Under the pieces are notes generated by a model that worked only from the letters and a program-made list of their open reading frames with translations, had not been told where the DNA came from and searched no databases. This document shows positions 9,541 through 15,808 of a stretch of 15,808 nucleotides of DNA, in pieces. This stretch comes from an uncultured archaeon (GTDB taxonomy: Archaea; Asgardarchaeota; Lokiarchaeia; Sigyniarchaeales; SOKP01): assembly GCA_964493715.1 (NCBI GenBank), contig CAZBPC010000077.1, positions 1 through 15,808 of the forward strand, in the 5' to 3' direction. Each line of letters begins with the position of its first letter. Within the stretch, counting starts at the first letter, position 1. Made by a program: the position numbers and the translations under genes.

Positions 9541-9780
9541 ATGGCATGGACACCTCCTACAAAATTAACAGTAATAGTGTCTTTTATATGTGTTGTTCTT
9601 GGATTAATTTTATTAATTGAATTAATCTGGGGAGTCATGGGCTTCTACAGCGTTTTACCAGTATTAACCTTTTTAGAACCAAACTTAAGTTCATATGATG
9701 TATGGTTAGTCATTGGGTTATTCCTCATGTTTTTTGCGTGGTTTTTGATGATACTTGGAGTTCGTGTGAAAGGTTTATAG
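9541..9780 (+). CDS. Small 2-TM hypothetical membrane protein
   Basis: 79-aa ORF with two hydrophobic helices and a basic C-terminus. It fills an otherwise empty AT-rich gap and is followed by a T15 tract. Confidence 0.75.
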   Translation: MAWTPPTKLTVIVSFICVVLGLILLIELIWGVMGFYSVLPVLTFLEPNLSSYDVWLVIGLFLMFFAWFLMILGVRVKGL

Positions 9781-9788
9781 ATATCTAA

Positions 9789-9803
9789 TTTTTTTTTTTT
9801 TTT
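9789..9803 (+). terminator. Oligo-T (T15) archaeal-type terminator
   Basis: 15 consecutive T beginning 9 nt after the TAG of the 79-aa gene. Confidence 0.6.
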
Positions 9804-9840
9804 ACTAATAAACAGAAAAACTTTTTTACTTGAAAGATGC

Positions 9841-9861
9841 TAACTTAACTAATTTAAGTTA
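9841..9861. promoter_or_regulatory. Perfect inverted repeat TAACTTAA-N5-TTAAGTTA, candidate operator upstream of 3-hydroxyacyl-CoA dehydrogenase
   Basis: 8-bp arms with a 5-bp spacer, ending 17 nt before ATG 9879 and lying just downstream of a BRE/TATA-like GAAAAACTTTTTTA. Confidence 0.4.
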
Positions 9862-9878
9862 AATTTGAACCAATTATT

Positions 9879-10709
9879 ATGGATATTAAAACAATTAGTA
9901 TTATTGGAACAGGTTTTATGGGGGACCAAATTGCTTCTAGGGCTATATTGTATGATTATAGATTAAAATTATATGATATTAGCGAAGAGAGCTTGAATGT
10001 AATTAGAAAATCTCTTACTGGCTTTTTAAGAAGAAGGCGAATGAAAGAAAAAGTAGAGTGGATTAGTTATCATAATGATCTTGCTAAAGCTGTAAATGAT
10101 GCGGATTTGATTATTGAAACAATACCAGAGAATTTAGAGTTAAAAAGGGAGATTTTTTCAAAAATCGATGAATTTGCTCCTCCAAATGCCATAATTGCTA
10201 CAAATAGCTCCTCGATCCCAGTTTCAAAGATTGAAGAGGCAGTAAAAAGAAAAGGGCAAGTTTTAAATATCCATTTCTATGCTCCAATAATTACAATGCC
10301 AATGGTTGATATAATGAGAGGTACCCAAACTACTGATATCGTTTTTGAAACTGGAAGAAAGTGGATAGAGAGTCTTGAATGTACCCCGTTAGTGGTTAAG
10401 AAAGAGTGTTTGGGGTTTGTTTTTAACCGTGTATGGCATGCGGTAAAGAAGGAATGTTTAAAGATTTGGGCGGGAGGATATGCCGATTTCGAGACAGTAG
10501 ATACTGCTTGGCAGATTTTTACAGGAATGGGTTTGGGACCATTCCGTTTAATGGATGGTGTTGGCTTGGATACGATATTAAACGTTGAGATGACATATTT
10601 TAATGAAAGCGGGAATTTAGATGATAAACCTCCAAAAGAGTTAAAAGAAATGGTAGATAAAGGTTTACTTGGCAGAAAATCTGGTAAAGGATTTTATTCT
10701 TGGGAATAA
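9879..10709 (+). CDS. 3-hydroxyacyl-CoA / 3-hydroxybutyryl-CoA dehydrogenase
   Basis: IIGTGFMGDQIA Rossmann motif, DLIIETIPENLELKREIF, ATNSSS, catalytic HFYAP, GFVFNR, GPFRLMDGVGLD and LGRKSGKGFY. Confidence 0.93.
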   Translation: MDIKTISIIGTGFMGDQIASRAILYDYRLKLYDISEESLNVIRKSLTGFLRRRRMKEKVEWISYHNDLAKAVNDADLIIETIPENLELKREIFSKIDEFAPPNAIIATNSSSIPVSKIEEAVKRKGQVLNIHFYAPIITMPMVDIMRGTQTTDIVFETGRKWIESLECTPLVVKKECLGFVFNRVWHAVKKECLKIWAGGYADFETVDTAWQIFTGMGLGPFRLMDGVGLDTILNVEMTYFNESGNLDDKPPKELKEMVDKGLLGRKSGKGFYSWE

Positions 10710-10720
10710 TCAGGTGCCAT

Positions 10721-10727
10721 AAAAAAA
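10721..10727 (-). terminator. Oligo-U (T7) terminator downstream of the SECIS
   Basis: The minus strand reads ...GGGATCTATATCTA-TTTTTTT directly after the SECIS stem-loop, which would place the SECIS inside the 3'UTR. Confidence 0.55.
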
Positions 10728-10736
10728 TAGATATAG

Positions 10737-10803
10737 ATCCCTAACCATTGCAGGTTGTCCCCAGATATCTATCGTTTATACATCCAGATCATCCATGCGG
10801 GAT
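10737..10803 (-). promoter_or_regulatory. Eukaryote-type SECIS element in the 3'UTR of the Prx-like selenoprotein gene
   Basis: Minus strand: ATCCC GCATGG ATGAT CTGGATGTAT AAACGAT AGATATCTGG GGAC AA CCTGC AATGGTTA GGGAT. The AUGAU core (10792-10788) opposes GGAC (10760-10757), giving tandem G.A/A.G pairs. Helix II is about 10 bp, the apical loop starts with AAA (10777-10775), and lower stems are GCA-U-GG/CC-UGC and AUCCC/GGGAU. GC is 30/67 nt, far above the other intergenic spacers here. Folded by hand. Confidence 0.8.
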
Positions 10804-11316
10804 TTAAAGTTTTGTATTAATTACTTCCATCATCATTTCAATTGAGGGTCTGTCAGTTTTATCTTTTCCAATATATGTCCAGACGATTTTTCCTTCCTTA
10901 TTTATGAGAAACTTGCTCGGCACTGCTTGTTTTGCATATAGTGAGCCCCCACCTCCGGGAGCAAACCAATAAACATCATAATCTCTTGCAATTTTCGCAC
11001 CGCGGTCAGCTATCATATCTATGGAAAATTCATTTTCTTCCTTGAATTTTTGTAATAACCTCACGCTATCAGCAGCGATTGATATAACTTTAATGTTTTT
11101 GTTTTCAAAATGGAATTTATTTTCTGTTAATAACGCTAAATGTTTTTTGCAATGACTTCACCAATTTCCTCTGAAAAAATCGATAAGAACTCCATTAAAG
11201 ATCTTTAAAAGTTGAGTTAGAATGATGTTATTGCCATAGATGTCTTGCGTGTCGAATAATGGTGCGTTTGAACCAACTGGCAGACCTTTCGGTCTCGGCG
11301 GTTCTTCATCAGCCAT
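10804..11316 (-). CDS. Peroxiredoxin-like (AhpC/TSA, thioredoxin-fold) selenoprotein, 170 aa, UxxC motif (Sec53, Cys56)
   Basis: ATG at 11316 gives MADEEPPRPKGLPVGSNAPLFDTQDIYGNNIILTQLLKIFNGVLIDFFRGNW-U-SHCKKHLALLTENKFHFENKNIKVISIAADSVRLLQKF...KFLINKEGKIVWTYIGKDKTDRPSIE...KL*. The single in-frame TGA (11160-11158) sits at the first Cys of the family motif FxRGxWCxxC. AhpC/TSA-like sequence occurs on both sides of the TGA. Confidence 0.9.
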
Positions 11317-11337
11317 ATTGATCTTATATTCTTACAG

Positions 11338-11352
11338 TTTAAATAATTTTTG
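11338..11352 (-). promoter_or_regulatory. Putative BRE/TATA promoter of the selenoprotein gene (probably leaderless)
   Basis: Minus strand CAAAAATTATTTAAA ends 21 nt before ATG 11316, with no SD motif in between. The AT-rich background limits certainty. Confidence 0.4.
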
Positions 11353-11393
11353 AATAAAAAATAGAAATTAAAAAAGAAAAAGAATTTAATAAA

Positions 11394-12350
11394 TTAAACT
11401 AAAGCCGACCAAGGCACTGGTAAATTAAGAGTCAGATAAATGTAAATAGCAGCGTATAGAGTTTCAAATGAGATTTGTAGCGTTAGTGTATCACTGTTAA
11501 GTATTAAATATCCAACATATGTGGAATTCACTACTAATGTAACACTTTGATCCAGAGTTTGAGTAAAGGAATGAAATCCACCAAAATATTGATTTGGTGC
11601 TCCTCCTAATTTTGTACCGTTTGAGGCATATAATCCTAATGAAAGGTTGACATCATAGATAGCATAGAGGCCATTGTTAATTATATCAAATGTTAGAGTT
11701 ATATTTATGGAGTCATCTGTATAATTACCAAGAGTCCCTGCTTCATCCCATACTACATCACTAGGCACCATTTCATGCAAATGAAAATTCAAATTCATTC
11801 CACTATAAATAATACTCGCAAAATAACCCATGATCAATAATCCCATCAAAAATCCAAACGCTTTAAATATTTGGCTTAATTTAAACCCTTTCTTACTAAC
11901 TGTGTAATCTTTCTTATTACGTAATTCAATGGCTTCTACTAAGTATTGTAAAGCTCTTATTATAATTGATCCTAATAATAACCAAGCAATAATTTGCATT
12001 CCTAATAGAATCTGAATAATATCCGTGTGGATATAATAAGTTCCTAATTTAGTACTCGGTTCAAATCCACCAAAGATATAGAATAGGAATATACCTGAAT
12101 ATATACTAATGAAAAAAGAAACTAAACGATTTGCAGAAGTTTCTTTAGGAAATGCATATTTGAGCATTGAAAAGAATGTTCCAATTAATCCAAAAATTAT
12201 GATTGAGATAGTGAAACTGTCGGCAAATGTAATGACATTAAGATATTCAAATATATAAATAATTCCTAATGGTAAACCAATATAGAACACTGCACTTATA
12301 AATCCGTGAAGGATCATCTTACCCCATTGTATTTCCATTAATATTATCAC
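11394..12350 (-). CDS. Hypothetical membrane protein (about 5 N-terminal TMs and a beta-rich C-terminal domain); true start may be ATG 12338
   Basis: 318-aa ORF with a GTG start and an in-frame ATG 4 codons later. Hydrophobic helices are followed by a beta-strand-rich region with several NxS/T sequons (NYT, NIT, NLS, NGT, NST). Confidence 0.8.
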   Translation of the reverse strand: MIILMEIQWGKMILHGFISAVFYIGLPLGIIYIFEYLNVITFADSFTISIIIFGLIGTFFSMLKYAFPKETSANRLVSFFISIYSGIFLFYIFGGFEPSTKLGTYYIHTDIIQILLGMQIIAWLLLGSIIIRALQYLVEAIELRNKKDYTVSKKGFKLSQIFKAFGFLMGLLIMGYFASIIYSGMNLNFHLHEMVPSDVVWDEAGTLGNYTDDSINITLTFDIINNGLYAIYDVNLSLGLYASNGTKLGGAPNQYFGGFHSFTQTLDQSVTLVVNSTYVGYLILNSDTLTLQISFETLYAAIYIYLTLNLPVPWSALV

Positions 12351-12483
12351 TTTTTTTGTTTAAATTGATTTTAAATTTGAGATTATTAAGTTCATAATTT
12401 CTTTAGTATTTAAAATTATCAATTCACGGATATAAAATATTAGCAATATCCCTTTAATATTAGATAAATTTTAGTTGATGTTT

Positions 12484-13902
12484 TTATTTTGGTGAGGGTT
12501 CTTTTAAGGTAATTCTTCTTATAAAAATCAAACTGATTAAATAGAAAAGGCTCATTGAGAAGAAAAGTAATGTAATCACAATGGGATTGTTTTTATTCGA
12601 ACCTGAAAGAAAGGTTCCGACAAACAGTGAAGCAAAGGCAGGTCCTAAATACGTTACAAAATATAATAAACCATAATAAGATCCTGATATACTAGAAAGA
12701 TTTTTATCTAAATTAGTTCCAGAAGTATTTATTAATTCAGCAGCTTCCTGAACGATAGAAGCACCTAATGGGATAGAAAAAAGAGTATAGGAATAATAGG
12801 AGCCTAAAACTGTACTCCATACGATTATATATAACAAGATCTTTACTCCAAATTGAAGATTTCCAAATAAAAAAAATATGTCAAGTAATGAGGCAATCAC
12901 CGCTACTAAAATTACTCTAAAATACGATTTTACCAATACATTCTTCTTTTTTGTAACTTTTTTCCATAAGAAATACCAACCAAACTTACCGAAAATAGAT
13001 ATGATAATATAAATGTAGAATTCTGAAGCTTTCAATTCAAGTAAAAATGTTTGGAAAGGAAATACTAATAAACCCATAATTTTTCCCGTTATTCCAATAA
13101 AAAAGCTAGCAAGAATAAAATAAAAAAAATTTTTATCTCTTAGTGGAATTCCCATTTTTTTAAATGCACCCAGGATCATTATTTTTTCAGGCTGATCGCT
13201 ATCTTTATTATGAAAACTTTCGTCAACCGAAAAGTAAATTAAAATTACAGATGTCAATCCAAATATCGCAAGAATTGTTGCAGTTAATGGTATATAAAAT
13301 AATAATACTTTTCCAGAAGGTTCCCACCATTTTACATTGGCTGGATCCTCTAGTAAACTTTGGACAATGAGAGGGATAAGAAGTGCTAAAATTGAAGCAA
13401 TTATTGCAAATGCTGAACGTATTGAAGCAACTTTCTCTTGATTCTCTATTGTTTGAGATTGTTCTGGAAGCATCGATAGATACACACTATATAATAACGA
13501 TCTAGAGATAGAAGTCATTATGGTAACAATCCAAAAAAATAGAGCTGTAGGAAGGAAAAGGAAATTATTTTCAGGGCATTTCCAAGGTGGAAACCAAATT
13601 AAAATTGATCCTGCGAACCAAATTGGTAAGGCATATAATAAAAAAGGTCGACGCTTTCCATGTTTTCCGGGTTTTTTGTTATCAACTATAACTCCAAAAA
13701 TAATAGCAAAGATAGAACCAATTATCAATTGGGATGTGACTCCGATTGAAACGAGGACAGAATCTAAATTAATGGTATAGACATAAAATTGGAATACATA
13801 AACCGCTCCTAACATATTTGATAAAAAAATCCCAAAATCTCCAAGACAATAACCAATAAGACGCTTGCCCTTTAATTCACGAGGGGTTTGAAAATCAATC
13901 AT
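12484..13902 (-). CDS. MFS transporter, glycoside-pentoside-hexuronide (MelB/GPH)-like
   Basis: 472 aa with about 12 hydrophobic segments. It has GY.LGD at the N-terminus, FGVIVDN...GKRRPFLL, YLSMLPE and PLRDKNF. Confidence 0.88.
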   Translation of the reverse strand: MIDFQTPRELKGKRLIGYCLGDFGIFLSNMLGAVYVFQFYVYTINLDSVLVSIGVTSQLIIGSIFAIIFGVIVDNKKPGKHGKRRPFLLYALPIWFAGSILIWFPPWKCPENNFLFLPTALFFWIVTIMTSISRSLLYSVYLSMLPEQSQTIENQEKVASIRSAFAIIASILALLIPLIVQSLLEDPANVKWWEPSGKVLLFYIPLTATILAIFGLTSVILIYFSVDESFHNKDSDQPEKIMILGAFKKMGIPLRDKNFFYFILASFFIGITGKIMGLLVFPFQTFLLELKASEFYIYIIISIFGKFGWYFLWKKVTKKKNVLVKSYFRVILVAVIASLLDIFFLFGNLQFGVKILLYIIVWSTVLGSYYSYTLFSIPLGASIVQEAAELINTSGTNLDKNLSSISGSYYGLLYFVTYLGPAFASLFVGTFLSGSNKNNPIVITLLFFSMSLFYLISLIFIRRITLKEPSPK

Positions 13903-13910
13903 ATATTAAC

Positions 13911-14762
13911 CTAATTTCTATGAGTTTTTTCAATCTTAATTAGTAAATTGCCGATTAGATTATGACTGAAAACAAATAAGATATCTATGAGTTTCCACCA
14001 TCTAGGAACGTAAATCTCTTTCTTATTCTTCATTGAAGCATTTAATATTCTTTTAGCAATGTCGTTAGCTTCTAGAAGTTTGAATAAAAACCCCTGACTT
14101 TCATAATTTTCAATCCATTCAATAGTCTCAGGCGTGTTATAGAAACCTGTTTTTGCCGGGGCTGAAATGATTGTTATAACATTTATCATCTCCTCCATCA
14201 TTTTGTATTCCAACCGTATGGAATCTGCCATTGCAATAATTGCACTCTTGCTCATTGCATATGCCGCCATGTTTGGAACCCCTGTTCTTCCAGCTGCACT
14301 TGATGTAAATATAAGCTGTCCGACTTTTTTGTTAACAGTTTTTCTGATTTGAGTAGGTCTCCCAATAAATGGTAATGCTGCTTTTAAAACTAACCACATT
14401 CCATCCGTGTTGATCGCCATTACTTTTCTGTATTCTTCATAAGTTCCCTCATTTGTAATGGAACATTTACTACCTACCCCGGCGTTATTGAATAAAATAT
14501 CAATGTATTGCTCTTTTTGCCCTATTTTATTTATAGCATTCTTAATTTGGTCTTGATTTAAAACATCCATTTCATAAAATTCTACTAATTCCGCGCCTAA
14601 ATCCAGGAGTTCTTGTTTTAATGGATCAATCTTGGGATTAGGCAGATCTAAAATATACATCCTCATACCAAGAGGGGCAAATTTTCGGCATGCTGCACTA
14701 CCGATATCCCCACCACCACCGGTAATTACAAATACTTTACTTTTGTACCATTTCTTTTTCAT
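13911..14762 (-). CDS. Classical SDR oxidoreductase
   Basis: VITGGGGDIG, IDILFNNAG, TSSAAG and YAMSK. It lies 8 nt upstream of the MFS gene on the same strand. Confidence 0.92.
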   Translation of the reverse strand: MKKKWYKSKVFVITGGGGDIGSAACRKFAPLGMRMYILDLPNPKIDPLKQELLDLGAELVEFYEMDVLNQDQIKNAINKIGQKEQYIDILFNNAGVGSKCSITNEGTYEEYRKVMAINTDGMWLVLKAALPFIGRPTQIRKTVNKKVGQLIFTSSAAGRTGVPNMAAYAMSKSAIIAMADSIRLEYKMMEEMINVITIISAPAKTGFYNTPETIEWIENYESQGFLFKLLEANDIAKRILNASMKNKKEIYVPRWWKLIDILFVFSHNLIGNLLIKIEKTHRN

Positions 14763-14907
14763 TATTCAGCACTTTTCAAGTTCCTTTATTTATGATCGAG
14801 AGGAAATTTAATTTATCAAATAAAGCATTTCTGTTAAATTCAATCAATTTTTTTTTAACGACCTTAAAACTAATATGTAATTATTCTTATGTAGTATTGA
14901 TCTTATC

Positions 14908-15808
14908 ATGAAGATTTTAGTTACTGGAAGTGCTGGTTTTATAGGCTCAGTGTTAACAAAAAAACTAGAGGAACAAAAAGATATCGTTATTCCTTTTGAT
15001 ATTAAGGATGACATTCAAATTGATATTAAAAATTTAGAAATTCTTAAAAAATACGTATCAAAAGTAGACGGTATAGTACATTTGGCTGCTGTGAGTAGAG
15101 TGATAACAGCACAAGAAAACCCTCATGAATGTATTTCAACAAATATTGGAGGTGTTGCTAATGTATTAGAAGCAGCTAGAATAAGAGGTAAAAATCCTCC
15201 CTGGATAATCTTTGGCTCATCAAGAGAGGTGTTTGGAGAACCTTCAGTATTACCCGTTGTTGAAGATTCACCGAAAATTCCGATAAATATCTATGGTCTT
15301 TCCAAAATGACGGGAGAAAGGCTTTGTGAAATTTATTCTCGATACTATGGTTTAAAAGTTCGAATTCTAAGATTTTCAAACGTTTATACTAACATCAATG
15401 ATCATTTGGATAGAGTAATTCCCAGATTTATCCTTCAAGCATTAAGAGATGAAGATTTGTACATAAATGGTACAGGTGAGGAACAATTTGATTTTACATA
15501 TATCTCTGATACCATAAATGGTATTTATGGTTGTATTCAGGAGATTGAAAGAAAAGATTCTGTTCTAGACGATTTCAATTTATCAATTGGCACGCCAGTA
15601 TCCTTGAAAGAATTAACTCAAATCATTATTGAAAAAACAGAAAGCAAGAGTAGAATCATATTTAATAAAGCCAGGAAATACGATGTCAATCATTTTTATG
15701 CATCACCCAAAAAAGCCAAAGAAATTTTGAGGTTTTCCCCTTCCATATCAATTGAAAAAGGTATAGAATTAGCAATTCAAGATTTACAAAAATTATCTTA
15801 TCCTAATT
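14908..15808 (+). CDS. NAD-dependent epimerase/dehydratase (extended SDR, GalE/WcaG-like), runs off the window end
   Basis: Not in the ORF track because it has no stop in the window. From ATG 14908 it reads MKILVTGSAGFIGS...VHLAAVS...FGSSREVFG...YGLSK...LRFSNVY...DFTYISD, open for 300 codons to the window end. Confidence 0.93.
   Translation, partial: MKILVTGSAGFIGSVLTKKLEEQKDIVIPFDIKDDIQIDIKNLEILKKYVSKVDGIVHLAAVSRVITAQENPHECISTNIGGVANVLEAARIRGKNPPWIIFGSSREVFGEPSVLPVVEDSPKIPINIYGLSKMTGERLCEIYSRYYGLKVRILRFSNVYTNINDHLDRVIPRFILQALRDEDLYINGTGEEQFDFTYISDTINGIYGCIQEIERKDSVLDDFNLSIGTPVSLKELTQIIIEKTESKSRIIFNKARKYDVNHFYASPKKAKEILRFSPSISIEKGIELAIQDLQKLSYPN

Noticed and set aside
9789-9803. T15 tract as a phase-variation element
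   Set aside because: It is intergenic and directly after a stop codon, so an oligo-T terminator is the simpler explanation. The homopolymer length may also be an assembly artefact.
10804-11064. 86-aa ORF as a standalone gene starting at GTG 11064
   Set aside because: It lacks the active-site half of the thioredoxin fold. The frame continues upstream with clear AhpC/TSA sequence through one TGA to ATG 11316.
11100-11157. Bacterial-type SECIS immediately downstream of the UGA
   Set aside because: The sequence after the UGA (AGTCATTGCAAAAAACATTTAGCGTTATTAACAG) is A-rich and shows no convincing stem-loop by eye.
11158-11160. TGA as a nonsense mutation (pseudogene) or as genome-wide reassignment (code 4/25)
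   Set aside because: There are no other lesions, the TGA falls exactly on the catalytic Cys position, and a SECIS-like element follows the gene. All other long genes translate fully under code 11 with no internal TGA, and the adjacent Trp uses TGG.
1074-15379. Short antisense/overlapping ORFs in the track (e.g. 1074..1325, 2130..2342, 2997..3230, 4891..5109, 5167..5454, 5373..5558, 6540..6722, 7229..7540, 7601..7834, 8286..8531, 8858..9091, 13164..13370, 13520..13780, 14167..14352, 15176..15379)
   Set aside because: All lie opposite well-supported genes and show no recognisable motifs. They are shadow ORFs.
1-15808. CRISPR arrays, tRNA/rRNA genes (including tRNA-Sec), IS elements
   Set aside because: No regularly spaced direct repeats or transposase/integrase ORFs were seen. 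Intergenic gaps are short and very AT-rich, except the SECIS-bearing one, which does not fold as a cloverleaf.

Overview
AT-rich prokaryotic window, probably from an Asgard archaeon of the Lokiarchaeia type. This is an inference from low GC, a tungsten AOR, an archaeal-type NAD kinase family gene, oligo-T terminators and a eukaryote-type SECIS. It holds mostly anaerobic lipid/aldehyde/alcohol metabolism genes (AOR, Fe-ADH, 3-hydroxyacyl-CoA dehydrogenase, three classical SDRs including a KDSR/Tsc10-like one), plus a GPH-family MFS transporter, a methyltransferase, a large FG-GAP-repeat membrane protein and a partial NDP-sugar epimerase. The main signal is hidden by the ORF track. The 86-aa ORF at 10804..11064 is only the C-terminal half of a 170-aa peroxiredoxin-like (AhpC/TSA, thioredoxin-fold) gene at 10804..11316 (-). 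Its redox motif is FFRGNW-[TGA]-SHC, i.e. UxxC. Directly after its stop codon lies a GC-enriched stem-loop with the eukaryote-type SECIS signature (AUGA core, apical AAA, opposing GA). Together these indicate a selenoprotein that standard gene calling would miss. No RNA genes, CRISPR arrays or mobile elements were seen.
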